DNA of 64,000 bases, taken from an uncultured bacterium. GTDB lineage: Bacteria > Planctomycetota > UBA1135 > GCA-002686595. The notes beneath the pieces were generated by a model, which saw nothing but the letters and a program-made list of their open reading frames with translations, ran no database searches and was not told the DNA's origin. This document shows, in pieces, positions 8,658 through 19,120 of the stretch (positions within the stretch are counted from its first letter, which is position 1; each line of letters starts with the position of its first letter). The position numbers and the translations under genes are program-made. Where the stretch lies: contig CALSNU010000006.1 of assembly GCA_943787795.1 (NCBI GenBank), forward strand, positions 64,001 through 128,000. The letters run 5' to 3'.

Positions 8658-9797
8658 TCAGTCCTCCACCAGCGCGATGGCGATGGGGAGGCGGACAACG
8701 CGGAGGGCTGCGGGGATGACCCCGAGCAGGGCGATCAGGAGGGCGGATCCGAAGGCCACGAGGACCGCGACCGCGTCCGCCCGTAGCTCGAAGGCGCTCA
8801 TGGCCAGGCTAACCGAGGCGCCCGAGAGCACGAGGCGCCCGAGGGCAAGCCCGGCCAGCGCGCCAGCCGCGGCGATGACGACGGCCTCCAAGAGGAGCGA
8901 GCGCACGATGGACCAGGAGCTGAACCCGAGGGCCCTGAGCGCGGCGAGCTCGCGGATGCGATCTTGGACCGAGGCGATCGCGGTGTTCGCGCCGCCGAGC
9001 AGAGCGGCTAGCCCGATGAGGAGCGAGAGGGCCCAGGCCATGGAGCGGATGGGGCGCATGTAGTCCGCCAGCTCGGCGTAGTACTCCTCGCTCGGCACCA
9101 TCTCCAGCTCGAGGTCCAGGCGCCGATCACAGAAGAGCTTGAGGAGCTTCGCTGTGCGCTCCCCGTCGACGAGGACAAACACGCACGAGGAGTCCTCGCG
9201 CTGGGAGAGGCCGCGGAGGGGTTCCAGCGGTGTCCAGATCTCGGCCTCCAGGGTGGTCCCTGGCGCAGCAAACTGGCCGACGATGATGAGCTCCGCGCCC
9301 TCGATCACGAGCGCGCGCCCGAGCTCGAGCTTCTCCGGGGGGACGCCGGTCTGACCGGCGACGAGCCGTCCAACCATGACCTCACCGGGGCCAGGGAGCC
9401 GGCCGGCCGTGAGCGTCAGGGCTTGGTGCACCTCGTACGCTTCGTCGGTGACGCCGCGCACGAAGCCCGAGTACGCGGCGCGGTCCCCGGGGAGCAGGAC
9501 GGTGGTCCCCATGTGGATCTCGTCCGAGGCGGCGAGGATCCCTGGGACGCTGGCCTGGACCAGGGAGCCGAGTCCAGCCTGGGCGGTGGATCGTACGACA
9601 TCGCGATCGGCCACAGAGGAGAGGAGGAGCGCGGTGCGAGGGTCTGCGGCGCCTGAGAAGGTGGCCTCCAGTCCGCGCGCGAAGGCCACGGTCGCGACGA
9701 GGAGCGCCGCGACCATGGCGCTGGAGACGCCGGCCAGGAGCGTTCGGGTCGGGCGCCGGCCAAGGTTCCGTATCGAGTGTTCGAGCGGGAGTCCCAT
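8658..9797 (-). CDS. ABC transporter permease (FtsX/MacB family)
   Basis: RNLGRRPTRTLL N-terminus; VQDRIRELAALRALGF motif; 1+3 TM layout. Confidence 0.9.
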   Translation of the reverse strand: MGLPLEHSIRNLGRRPTRTLLAGVSSAMVAALLVATVAFARGLEATFSGAADPRTALLLSSVADRDVVRSTAQAGLGSLVQASVPGILAASDEIHMGTTVLLPGDRAAYSGFVRGVTDEAYEVHQALTLTAGRLPGPGEVMVGRLVAGQTGVPPEKLELGRALVIEGAELIIVGQFAAPGTTLEAEIWTPLEPLRGLSQREDSSCVFVLVDGERTAKLLKLFCDRRLDLELEMVPSEEYYAELADYMRPIRSMAWALSLLIGLAALLGGANTAIASVQDRIRELAALRALGFSSWSIVRSLLLEAVVIAAAGALAGLALGRLVLSGASVSLAMSAFELRADAVAVLVAFGSALLIALLGVIPAALRVVRLPIAIALVED

Positions 9798-9798
9798 G

Positions 9799-10935
9799 TC
9801 AGCTCACCAGGGACTGGACGATGCCGGCGCGTGCGCTGCGGATGGCCGGCAGGACGCCGGCTGCGATGCCCGTGACGAGCGCCAGCAGGAAGCCGTTGCC
9901 GATGAGCCCGGGCGTGACCATGAACTCGATGGAGACGCCCTCGCTGCCGATGGTCGGGTGGAAGGTGGTGAGGAGCAACAACGCGCCGCCGACTCCGACG
10001 GCGGCGCCGGTCAGCGAGAGCGCCAGCGCTTCTCCGAGCACGAGGCTCGCGATGTGGCTCTCTCTGAAGCCGATGGCCCTGAGCACGGCGGTCTCGCGTA
10101 CACGCTCCTGCGCGGCGATGATGACCGTGTTGGCCACGAGGGACAGGACCACCACGATGCAGGCCAGCCCGAGGAGCCGACCGAAGCGCAGGATCTCGCG
10201 GAGGTCCCGGGTGGCGCTCTCGAGGTAGGCGACCCTCGGCCGGGTGTCGGTCGGGGACTCGGCGGTGGCGAAGCCCTCGTCGATCTCGGCGCCGACGACG
10301 GCGGGGTCGGCTCGCTCATGGACCAGCACCTCGAACTGGGTGACCGTGCCGAGGCGATTGACGGGGCCGGCGCGCTGGAGGTACTCGAGGTGCGTCAGGA
10401 CCAGGGACTCCTGGGTGGAGTCGGGGGAGGCGACGATGGCGGCGACCTTCACGTCGATCTCGCCGAATCGAAATCGATCGCCGACGGAAAGACCCTTCCG
10501 AATCGCGAAGGTCTGACCGACCAGGGCCGAGTCCTTCTCGCGCTCGAACGTCGCCAGATCTCCGGAGATCGCCTCGAGGTCGCGCTGGGCCAGGAGGTCG
10601 GCCGCCGGCGCTCCCTGGAAGGTGACGAGGTCCAGGCTCGCGCGGCAGTTGTTGAGGAAGACCTTGACCGGCAGGACCTGCTCGACGCCCTCCACGTCTT
10701 CGATGCGGCGGGTGTAGGACTCCGGCAGGAACGAGGTCTGGGGGCAGTACCTGTTATCCCTGAAGACCACGAGAGTCCGCGCCGCATCGGTGGCGTCCAT
10801 CGCCCTCGACAACCCGGTCCCGAGGCTCTCCACGAGCACCAGGAGGGCCAGCGCGCTGGCCACCCCGAGGACCGTGAGGACCGTTCGGCCCAGGCGGCGC
10901 CGCATGTTGCGGACGACAAGGAGCAGGACCTTCAC
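9799..10935 (-). CDS. ABC transporter permease (FtsX/MacB family)
   Basis: RNMRRRLGRTVLT; QERVRETAVLRAIGF; periplasmic NRYCPQTS and NNCRASLD. Confidence 0.9.
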   Translation of the reverse strand: MKVLLLVVRNMRRRLGRTVLTVLGVASALALLVLVESLGTGLSRAMDATDAARTLVVFRDNRYCPQTSFLPESYTRRIEDVEGVEQVLPVKVFLNNCRASLDLVTFQGAPAADLLAQRDLEAISGDLATFEREKDSALVGQTFAIRKGLSVGDRFRFGEIDVKVAAIVASPDSTQESLVLTHLEYLQRAGPVNRLGTVTQFEVLVHERADPAVVGAEIDEGFATAESPTDTRPRVAYLESATRDLREILRFGRLLGLACIVVVLSLVANTVIIAAQERVRETAVLRAIGFRESHIASLVLGEALALSLTGAAVGVGGALLLLTTFHPTIGSEGVSIEFMVTPGLIGNGFLLALVTGIAAGVLPAIRSARAGIVQSLVS

Positions 10936-11630
10936 GGGGTCACCTCTTGCGCGGGTTCTGCCTCGACGAGCTTCCCTCGCTCCAGCCGGTAGACGCGGGT
11001 GCCGACCTGGGCCGCCCGCTCGTCGTGGGTGACCATGACAATGGTCTTGCCTTGCTCCTGATTGAGGCGCTGGAGGAGCCGCAGAATGCCCTCGGCCGAC
11101 TCGGCGTCGAGGCTCCCTGTGGGCTCGTCGGCGACCAGCAGCTCCGGGTCAGCGACCAGAGCCCTCGCGATGGCCACGCGCTGCTCCTGCCCACCGGACA
11201 GCTGCTTGGGGAGGTGCGTCGCGCGGTCTGTCAGTCCCACGGCGGCGAGCGCCAGCTCCACCCGCCGGTGCCGGTCAGCGCGCGTCAGCTTCTGGAGCCA
11301 AAGGGGCAGCTCCACGTTCTCATACGCGGTGAGGACCGGGACGAGGTGGGCGCGCTGGAAGATGTAGCCGACGGTTCGGGCGCGCCAGCGCGCGAGCTTC
11401 GAGGCACGCGTGCCGCCCACGTCCTGGCCGCCCACGCGCACGCTCCCCTCGTCTGGCCGGTCAATCCCGGCCAGGAGGTTGAGGAGCGTCGTCTTGCCTG
11501 AGCCTGACGGGCCAAGCAGCACGAGGAAGTCACCGGTCGCGACGTCGAGGTCGACGTCATCGAGGGGGGTCACGGCGTGACCCCCCTTGAGGTAGCGGCG
11601 CGTGACGCCGCGGAGTTCGATGAAGCTCAT
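10932..11630 (-). CDS. ABC transporter ATP-binding protein (LolD/MacB-like)
   Basis: [38 protein letters not shown]. Confidence 0.95.
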   Translation of the reverse strand: MSFIELRGVTRRYLKGGHAVTPLDDVDLDVATGDFLVLLGPSGSGKTTLLNLLAGIDRPDEGSVRVGGQDVGGTRASKLARWRARTVGYIFQRAHLVPVLTAYENVELPLWLQKLTRADRHRRVELALAAVGLTDRATHLPKQLSGGQEQRVAIARALVADPELLVADEPTGSLDAESAEGILRLLQRLNQEQGKTIVMVTHDERAAQVGTRVYRLERGKLVEAEPAQEVTP

Positions 11631-13204
11631 GGTGACTCTCCTCCGGCAGCGGTGCCGGCCTGTTGGTTGAGGGCGATAGGGACGCCCGTTGGTGGGGCGT
11701 CCGCCGGGAGGAGCGCGCGGCCGCCATCAATGAGCTCCATGGTCCAGTCCAGGCCGTCGAGGACCTCGATCAGCCGCTGGCCGTCGGGGCCACGTTGCTC
11801 GGCGCCGGTCCGCACCTGCTGCCGTACGGCCAGGTCGCCGTCGGGCTCGTGGACCCAGATGGCGCCGTCTCGCACGAGCTCGGCGGGGACGGCGAGGCGG
11901 CGGGCGGCGCGCTCGGCCGTGCCCCCTGGGGAGCTGGCCCCAGGGTCCTCGGAGCTCGAGAAGAAACGAACCTGCGCCAGCATGTCGGGGCGCAAGAGGT
12001 CGTCGGCGTCAAGGACGCGCACCTGGACCTCGAGGGTCACCTTCTGGATATCGGCGAGCTGGACGATGCGCAGGATCTGACCCGCGTAGGGAAGGGAGGG
12101 CCGGGAGTCGGCCAGGACCTCCGCCTCTTGCCCTGCGGCCAAGGCGCCGACGTCGGTCTGCGGTACGTCGACGCGCACGCGCAGGGTCGTGGGGTCGTAC
12201 AGGGAGCAGACGGGCCCGCCAGCCTCCAGCTCATCGCCGGTGACCGCGAGGCGCTCCAGGACGATCCCGTCTTGCGGGGCGCGAACCACCATCCGCCCGA
12301 GCGCAAGCTCAGCCTCCGCCAGCGACGCCTTGGCCTCGTTCACGGTGCCCCGGGCGCGGGCGAGTCGCGCTTGGCCCGTGTCGATCATGCGCTGCTCCTC
12401 AAAGCGAAGCTCCAGGTGGCGCTCAGCTCTCGTGAGGTCCGCGGCCGCCTCGATGGCAGCCGCGCTGGCGAGCGCCGCTGCGGCACGCAGGGCCGAGAGC
12501 CGCCCGGAGGCCACCTCTAGGCCCGCGACGGCGATCTCGACCTGGCGGGGCCCTGAGGTCCCCGCGGCCGCCAGCTCCTGCTGGACCACGACCTCGCTCT
12601 CGGCGAGCGACACCTCCGCGAGGCCGCCACGGACGGCGGCAGCGGCCTCCGCCGCAGCCGCCACGCGCCCGGTGTGGCGGGCTCGCGCAGCGTCGCATGC
12701 CGCGGTGACCTCGATGGCAGCCTCGTAGCTCGCCTCGGAGATGCGGAGTTCAGCTGCGGCGAGGTCCACCTCGGCCTCCGCGACAGCGAGCCTGGCGCGC
12801 GCACGGTCCCGCGAGATGCGAGCGTCGTCGTCGATCATCCGGGCGATGGGCTGCCCCGCCTTCACCTTGTCGGATTCCTGCACCAACACCTCGCGGACGA
12901 TGCCCGCAGAGAGCGCCGGTGCGTGCACGGGGAACGGGTCGGGTTCGATCCATCCCGCCGCCTGGGTCAGGAGGGTGCGTTGAGTCACTCTCTCGCCCGG
13001 TCCCTCCAGGCGCACAGGGCGGGTCAAGGTGACGGGGATACGCTCGGTGAGTAGCTCCACGAGGGCGTCACGGAGGATGAAGGCGAAGGCGCCGAGGAGC
13101 GCCAGGGGCACCAAGGCGCGCACCCAGCCCCTTCGCGGGGGCTGGATTGAGGGCACGCTCCGAGAGAGCCCGGCGAGGTCCACGTCTTGATCGACCGAGC
13201 TCAT
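11627..13204 (-). CDS. Efflux periplasmic adaptor (membrane fusion protein)
   Basis: N-terminal TM anchor, lipoyl halves (GIVREVLVQESDKVKAGQPI; VRAPQDGIV), long Ala-rich hairpin, LRPDMLAQVRF. Confidence 0.88.
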   Translation of the reverse strand: MSSVDQDVDLAGLSRSVPSIQPPRRGWVRALVPLALLGAFAFILRDALVELLTERIPVTLTRPVRLEGPGERVTQRTLLTQAAGWIEPDPFPVHAPALSAGIVREVLVQESDKVKAGQPIARMIDDDARISRDRARARLAVAEAEVDLAAAELRISEASYEAAIEVTAACDAARARHTGRVAAAAEAAAAVRGGLAEVSLAESEVVVQQELAAAGTSGPRQVEIAVAGLEVASGRLSALRAAAALASAAAIEAAADLTRAERHLELRFEEQRMIDTGQARLARARGTVNEAKASLAEAELALGRMVVRAPQDGIVLERLAVTGDELEAGGPVCSLYDPTTLRVRVDVPQTDVGALAAGQEAEVLADSRPSLPYAGQILRIVQLADIQKVTLEVQVRVLDADDLLRPDMLAQVRFFSSSEDPGASSPGGTAERAARRLAVPAELVRDGAIWVHEPDGDLAVRQQVRTGAEQRGPDGQRLIEVLDGLDWTMELIDGGRALLPADAPPTGVPIALNQQAGTAAGGESP

Positions 13205-14592
13205 CGTGAGCCCTCCATGAAGAGGGGGGCGGCCATGGGGCCACGAGACGCCACCAGGTCCAAGGCTGCCAGGTCACTGCGCTCCCAGTCGTCGATGTCC
13301 CATGTGGCCCGCATGGACAGTCGTCGGAGCGCACCGGTCCACTGCTCCAGGGGAGTGCGCTGGACACGGAAGGCGGCCCTGGCTGCCTCCCAATCGCCAA
13401 GCAACGACTTCACGACGTCGGCCGACGCGCCTTCGACGCGTGAGTCCGCCTGGCGTACCCGTGTCAGGGCGTCGATCTCTGCCGTCTGGAGGAGGTGTAG
13501 CTGATCTTCGTAGGCCGCGAGGGCGGCGTCGCGGCGTTCGATTGCGGCGGCGAGCCGACCCTCCCAGCTCGAGGGGAAGGGGACGGTGATTCGCAGGACC
13601 CCGCCGATCTGGGTTGGATCCAGGAACCCGAGGCGTGGGCCCAGAGCGACCCCCGGCCAGGCGTCCGCGGCAGCCTGGCGAACCTGGCTCTCCCGGAGTT
13701 CGAAGGTGCGCTGAGCCACCCGCAGGCTGGGATGGGACTCGAGGTGTTCATCGAGGTCGAACCAGGTGCCCGGCTCGGCCGGGCCCAGAGCTTCGGGCGC
13801 AGGGATCACCGGAGCTGCTCCGGCGAGGTCTCGCTGAGGGTCGAGGCCGACCACGGCGGCGAGGCCGGCGCGGGCGCGCGAGGCCTCGTCCGCCGCGAGT
13901 GAGAGACGCCGGGTGAGCTCGGCGGCCGCTCCTTCGGCCGCCTCCGAATGGGTCCGACCGATGCGGCCCTCACGGGTGAGGATCTGGACTCTTTGGAGGT
14001 CCCTGTCGGCTTGCTGGCCGATTTGAGCGAGGCGGTCTGTCCGTATCGCTGCCGCCTGCCACTGGACAAGCGCTCGTTCGGCGTCGAGCCAGGCGCGCCA
14101 AGCGGCGTCCTCGAGCGCGGCGCGAGCGGCCTCCACCTGGGCCTCCGCGACGGCCTCATCGGCGCCGGAAGGTCCGAGCCCGAGGAGTCCGATCAGGTCG
14201 AAGGCGGCCAGGGCATTCACAAGGTCGGAGTCGCCGCTGAAGTCCTGGTCGATGACCTGGATGCCGACGGGTGCGGGGGCGCCAGCGCTCTGCTGCTCGC
14301 CGCGGGCAGCGGCCAGTTCGCGCCGTGCGGCCCGTACCTCGGGCGCCCAGGCGGCGGCGCGGAGGTACCAGTAGCCTGATTGGTCAGGGCGCGCGCAAGC
14401 CTCGGGTCCCGGGCTCGCAAGCAGGCTCCCGGGGAGATCGGTCGCCAGGGAGAGCTCGAGGGGTGGGCTCGCGTCCGCGCGGGCCCCGAGTGCGGCGCGG
14501 GCGCTCCCCTCGTCGAGGAATACAGGGTCAGGCGTGGCGCAGGCGAGCGCGCTGAGCGCTGCCAACGGGCCGACGATGGTCGGGCGGGTCAT
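13201..14592 (-). CDS. TolC-family outer membrane efflux lipoprotein
   Basis: Lipobox LSALA-C; helical OEP-like repeats (APEVRAARREL; HPSLRVAQ); first large gene of the adaptor/ABC operon. Confidence 0.75.
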   Translation of the reverse strand: MTRPTIVGPLAALSALACATPDPVFLDEGSARAALGARADASPPLELSLATDLPGSLLASPGPEACARPDQSGYWYLRAAAWAPEVRAARRELAAARGEQQSAGAPAPVGIQVIDQDFSGDSDLVNALAAFDLIGLLGLGPSGADEAVAEAQVEAARAALEDAAWRAWLDAERALVQWQAAAIRTDRLAQIGQQADRDLQRVQILTREGRIGRTHSEAAEGAAAELTRRLSLAADEASRARAGLAAVVGLDPQRDLAGAAPVIPAPEALGPAEPGTWFDLDEHLESHPSLRVAQRTFELRESQVRQAAADAWPGVALGPRLGFLDPTQIGGVLRITVPFPSSWEGRLAAAIERRDAALAAYEDQLHLLQTAEIDALTRVRQADSRVEGASADVVKSLLGDWEAARAAFRVQRTPLEQWTGALRRLSMRATWDIDDWERSDLAALDLVASRGPMAAPLFMEGSR

Positions 14593-14664
14593 CTGGCTAC
14601 GGGTTGAAGAATCGGGACACCTTGGAGGCGAGGCGCATGACAGGTCACGCGCGGGTCCCGAGCA

Positions 14665-15111
14665 TCAAATTCGTAGCGGACGGACGCCGGGTAGCAGCCC
14701 GGCGTTGGGGCGTTCCTTGGGCGGTGGCGGCCGGATGAACCCGCTGCTGCCCCGCAGGGACGACGGCTTGAGAGCGGCGGACGCGACGGTCATCACGCCC
14801 GGCGCGGCGGGGGCGAACTCGCCGACCGGACCGTCCACGGCGGCGAGGAGGACCTCGTCAAGCTCGACCTCCAGGCAGCCACCGCAGTCCCCGGACTCGC
14901 CACAGCAGCCGGCGCTGAGCCAGCCTCCGTCGCATGCCGTCCCGCCCATGCCTGCGGCCTCGCCAGCGGGCGGTGCACCGCAGCAGCTCATCGTCACCGG
15001 TGCCGAGGGCTCTGCGTCGCAGAGGCAGATCACGAAGCCCGAGGCGGGCGTCAGGATCAGCCCTGGCAGGGCCAGGATCAGCAGGGTCAGAGCTCGGAGG
15101 TGCTGCAGCAT
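14665..15111 (-). CDS. Small Cys-rich exported or leader protein upstream of the TolC gene
   Basis: Hydrophobic N-terminus; ICLC, SCC, GCCGESGDCGGC; Pro-rich C-terminus FIRPPPPKERP. Confidence 0.65.
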   Translation of the reverse strand: MLQHLRALTLLILALPGLILTPASGFVICLCDAEPSAPVTMSCCGAPPAGEAAGMGGTACDGGWLSAGCCGESGDCGGCLEVELDEVLLAAVDGPVGEFAPAAPGVMTVASAALKPSSLRGSSGFIRPPPPKERPNAGLLPGVRPLRI

Positions 15112-15257
15112 GGGAAAGAGTGCGGACGCATGGGCGGCCGCGCGCCGTTCATCAGGGATAGATCGGCCACGGATGGGTAGCAAGCAGAAACTAGTGCCGG
15201 ATTCGCCACGTGGAGGCGTGGGGCCTCCTGCGGGGGGGCTCGGGGTCCCGATACGAC

Positions 15258-17711
15258 TCAGCGCCGGCTCCGCCGTGAGCCCATGAGCTCCGCCACGGTT
15301 CGGACCTCAGGGGACGCTCCGGCGCTCTCGATGGCGTCGATCGTGTCCACGCAGGCCTGGATCTGCTTCTCGAGATTGCGCGCCTCGCGGTGCGCCCGAA
15401 GGCGCTTCTTGAGATCGCGTAGCTGGGGCAGGACCGGGCGCGCCGCACCCCCGTACTGCTGAAGCGCCTTCATACAGCGGAGGATGCGGTCCTGCTTTCC
15501 CCACTTGTCGATCTCGGTCACGAGGATGCAGAGCTCCATGCCCTCGGCGATGCGGTTCGCTGCCAGGAAGTCGAGGCCGGCGAGGCGGACGCCGTTCGAG
15601 AACATCACGCCGCTTGGGGACGGCGTGCGCACGGCCTCGACGAGCTGGGGAAGGAGGGGTTTGAGCTCCTCGAGGGTCATGAGCTTGAAGATGGTGCCCA
15701 TGGCCCCGCGGGCCCGACCGTCGTCGTTGAGCAGCAGCCGCTCGATGACGGGCAGGAGATCCGAGCGGTCGACGTCCCCGAGGTTCTTGGAGAGCAGGCC
15801 CCGCATTCCGAGCGCGCCGCCGGGATAGAAGAGGCAGAAGGCGAGGTACCTCTGGGTGATCTCGCGCGGGTCCTCGTCCTCTTCCAGCAGCGCCAGCTCC
15901 AGCATGTCTGGGATGGCCTTACGGGCGCGGTTGCCAAGGGCAGACAGGGCGTAGGCGGCCTGGATCCTCAGCCAGACATCGTCTGACTGCAGGCAGCGAC
16001 GAAGCTCTGGGAGCGCGGCCGCGGCCTTCGCACCGAGCTCGGAGATGGCCTGGCAGGCGCCGTACCTGACGTCGAGCCGCCTGGACTTGAGCATCACGCG
16101 CAGCTCGGCGGTTGGCGTGTCGCCGCTGCTGGCGAGGGCCTTGGCCGCCCTTGACCGGACCGCGGGGGACCAGCTCTTGAGGTCGCGCATGAGCTCTGCC
16201 GGTCGCTTCTCGGCGTAGTGCTCCGAGCCCTTGGACCAGGAGTCGAAGCCTCGTCCAGCCTCGATGGTGTCGGTCAGCTCGTCGCCCACGAGTCGGTTCT
16301 TCTTGTTGACCCCCCGTCCGGTGATGAAGAGCTCCTGCTTGTGGAAGGTGTTGGCGAGCACGAAGGCTCCGGTGCAGTCCCACTTGCCGTACTTGTGCTC
16401 CCCGCCAGACATCCCCGCGCCTCCCTGGTAGGGGAAGCTGCCGTCGTGGGCCCTGGCGAGGTCGTAGTACCAGCGCTGCTCACGGAGGAAGGCGCTCAGG
16501 GCCTCCTGGCCCACCCGATTGGCGCCGATGGGGCCCCACAGGAAGCTGAAGTAGTTGCCCGTGTGCCCCTGCTCGCGCTCGTCGTAGGACGCAACCGCCA
16601 TGCGGCCGAAGAAGGCGGCCTCCTCGTCCATGCCCTGGAGGTCGAAGATCAGCGCGGCCAGGGAGTTCTTCCCGTTGTCGTCATGGCTGTCCCAGCCAGG
16701 CCGGTGGTCGCCGTAAGGGATGGCCCCCTTGCCCGTGTAGAAGCTGGCGAAGAGGTTCGCGCGCTGGATGGCCTCGGCGATCTCGCGGTCCTTGACACCG
16801 CACTTCTCTGCGAGGATGAGGGCGAGGTGGCATACCAGGCCGGCCTGGTTGACCGCGCCGTATCCGCCGAGGGACCCGTGTAGCTGCCCGTCGTTGAGGT
16901 CGGGCCATGCCATGCCGTGACCCCAGGTCCCCACGCGGCTCTGGCCGCGAGCGATGGTGCCGGTGTACTCGGCGATGGCGGGGAGCACCTGGCGGTCCTT
17001 GGTCGCGAGGTAGTACTCACAGAGGAAGACCGCCCGGTAGCCCCACTCCCAGGCCAGAAGCCCGGACGTCCTCCCCTCCAGCGTCAGCTCGGTGTCCGGG
17101 CGCCCGACCTTCCTCGCCAGGTCACGCACCGCGCCGGCGTGGCGCCGATCCCCGTTGGCGAGGAGCGCGAGCGCGTTCATCATGCCGTCGATGCCGCCCT
17201 TCATGTTCGCGGCCATGTGGTCGCAGGCGGCGTCGAGGATCTTGCGCGACTTGGCGCAGTCGAAGGGCGCGGTGGGCTCGTACTCGCCCAGGATCGGGAG
17301 CTTGAGTCGGACGGACTGGACCTTGCCCTTCCGCCACCGCTTCAGGTCAAGGCGGCCCTTGCCCTTGGCGGACTCCGCGGCGCCGATAGCCAACCCGAGG
17401 GCGGCCCGGGGGTCGGCGGAGAAGAGCGAGCTGCCCACGCCGACGATCACGTCGCCCGGCTCCAGCTTGCCCTCGGCGGGCGAGCCGCCGGCGACCTCGG
17501 TGATAAGGATCTGCCGTGCATCGGTGGTCTCGAGCTTCCAGCCCCAGATCCACCCGCGGGCGCCGGTGGGTCCGAGGGTCCAGTCGTGCTTGTCGTCCCG
17601 TTCGTCGCCTGCGGTCAGGTCGGGGACCGCAGGCTTGTTGCGCTGAGCGGCGGTCTCTGCAGCTCCGAGGAGCGGGAGGACAAGGAGCAGACAAGTTCGC
17701 AGGTGGACCAT
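15258..17711 (-). CDS. Exported DUF6288-type protein with PDZ-like domain and C-terminal HEAT repeats
   Basis: Signal peptide; WTLGPTGARGWI; GSPAEGKLEPGDVIVGV (PDZ-like); GAIPYGDH, DDNGKNS, GHTGNYF; HEAT repeats (VRSRAAKAL, VRYGACQAI, LRIQAAYAL). Confidence 0.7.
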   Translation of the reverse strand: MVHLRTCLLLVLPLLGAAETAAQRNKPAVPDLTAGDERDDKHDWTLGPTGARGWIWGWKLETTDARQILITEVAGGSPAEGKLEPGDVIVGVGSSLFSADPRAALGLAIGAAESAKGKGRLDLKRWRKGKVQSVRLKLPILGEYEPTAPFDCAKSRKILDAACDHMAANMKGGIDGMMNALALLANGDRRHAGAVRDLARKVGRPDTELTLEGRTSGLLAWEWGYRAVFLCEYYLATKDRQVLPAIAEYTGTIARGQSRVGTWGHGMAWPDLNDGQLHGSLGGYGAVNQAGLVCHLALILAEKCGVKDREIAEAIQRANLFASFYTGKGAIPYGDHRPGWDSHDDNGKNSLAALIFDLQGMDEEAAFFGRMAVASYDEREQGHTGNYFSFLWGPIGANRVGQEALSAFLREQRWYYDLARAHDGSFPYQGGAGMSGGEHKYGKWDCTGAFVLANTFHKQELFITGRGVNKKNRLVGDELTDTIEAGRGFDSWSKGSEHYAEKRPAELMRDLKSWSPAVRSRAAKALASSGDTPTAELRVMLKSRRLDVRYGACQAISELGAKAAAALPELRRCLQSDDVWLRIQAAYALSALGNRARKAIPDMLELALLEEDEDPREITQRYLAFCLFYPGGALGMRGLLSKNLGDVDRSDLLPVIERLLLNDDGRARGAMGTIFKLMTLEELKPLLPQLVEAVRTPSPSGVMFSNGVRLAGLDFLAANRIAEGMELCILVTEIDKWGKQDRILRCMKALQQYGGAARPVLPQLRDLKKRLRAHREARNLEKQIQACVDTIDAIESAGASPEVRTVAELMGSRRSRR

Positions 17712-18023
17712 GGTGACGATTCTCGGGAGGGGGCACTCACGCCAATGGGGCCGTGTGGTGCCCGCGCGAACGGGGATAGTGTGCCCTCTGTCACCGCCCA
17801 CGGTCCAACGCGCACAGCTGCCCCTTCGCGGCTGGCTCCATCGAGCAGGTCCGGTGCGCGGTCGCGTTGGGCCGATCGCGTCCTCGCCTCCCTGGGCCCC
17901 GCGTAGAGTCCTGGCCTCCCCACGGGGCGCCGAGACGGCGCGGAGAGAAGAGGCGCGGGAGAACGAGCGCGGAGAGTAGGGGCGCTGAGGTCGCGCGCGG
18001 GGAGGGGCGTCCAGCGGGCGGAC

Positions 18024-19061
18024 TCAGCGCGGGAGCGTCGGGTCGGGAGCCGCCGTCTGCCGCCCGGTGCCCAGGAGCATCTTGAAGAACCTCTCCCGCT
18101 GGGGGGCACCGATGCGGTTGAACGTGCGATAGCGCGCGTGCTGGCCCGGCGCGAGGCCGTCGAAGTCGATGCCCCACAGGGGCGCGACGGAGTCGGGCAC
18201 CGCGGCGTACCTGAAGTCGCTCACCACCCCAGGGAAGCGGCGGTCCTCGATCAGGTAGCCCGCGCTGAAGAAGCGGAAGCGCTCGAGGTCTCGCCTCTGG
18301 ATGGAGTCGAGCCCGTAGCGGCGGATGAACGAGGCCTCGTCCAAGGCGGGGTGGACGCCCCCCTCCAGCGTTCGGGCCGGCCCGGTCCAAGGCGCCCGGA
18401 CCGCGTCCACGCGGAAGGTCCCATCCAGCTCATAGAAGCCCCTGTAGAGCACGTTGTTCCCGATCGACGGCCGCACCTCGAAGCGGGCCGGGGTGTGCCC
18501 GCGGGCCGCGATGGTCTCGGCGTAGGCCGCCCGGGCGCGGCCGACCTGGAGGGCGCAGAGCCCCATGTAGATGGCGGCGGCGAGCAGCCACCGTCGCGCC
18601 GGCGCCGGGCTCTTGCCCCTGATGGATCGCCAGGCGCCGCAGATGAGGAGGAGGGTGAAGACCGGGTCAACGATCGAGATGATGTTCCAGGCCACGCGGC
18701 CGCCCGTGAACGGCCACAGCAGATGCGTCCCATAGCTCGTGCAGGCGTCGAGGGGGCCGTGGGTCGCCCAGCCCATGGCGGCAGGCAGCAGGAGCGATCG
18801 AAGGCGCCACTTGCGCCGACCGATGAGCCACGTCAGCGCGGCGGCCATGAGGCCACCCACGGGGATGAATGCGAGGGCGTGGGTGAAGTGGCGGTGGTAC
18901 TCCAGGAAGAGAAGCGGGTCCGAAGAGGAGCGGATGAGCACATCCGCGTCCGGCAAGAACCCGCCGAGCCCACCGGCTACGGCGGCTCGGCCCTGGGTCC
19001 CCGGGCGCGACACCGCGAGGGCCGCCACGGCACCGAGCGTGACCTGAGTGAGGGGGTCCAT
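18024..19061 (-). CDS. Membrane-bound metal-dependent hydrolase (YdjM-like)
   Basis: MDPLTQ, LPDADV, HRHFTHAL, THGPLDACTSYGT, IVDP motifs. Confidence 0.85.
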   Translation of the reverse strand: MDPLTQVTLGAVAALAVSRPGTQGRAAVAGGLGGFLPDADVLIRSSSDPLLFLEYHRHFTHALAFIPVGGLMAAALTWLIGRRKWRLRSLLLPAAMGWATHGPLDACTSYGTHLLWPFTGGRVAWNIISIVDPVFTLLLICGAWRSIRGKSPAPARRWLLAAAIYMGLCALQVGRARAAYAETIAARGHTPARFEVRPSIGNNVLYRGFYELDGTFRVDAVRAPWTGPARTLEGGVHPALDEASFIRRYGLDSIQRRDLERFRFFSAGYLIEDRRFPGVVSDFRYAAVPDSVAPLWGIDFDGLAPGQHARYRTFNRIGAPQRERFFKMLLGTGRQTAAPDPTLPR

Positions 19062-19120
19062 GTGGGAATAATAGGTGGAGCCGGTGAAGAGGTTTGGGGG
19101 CGGCAGTCGTGGACGGTGGT

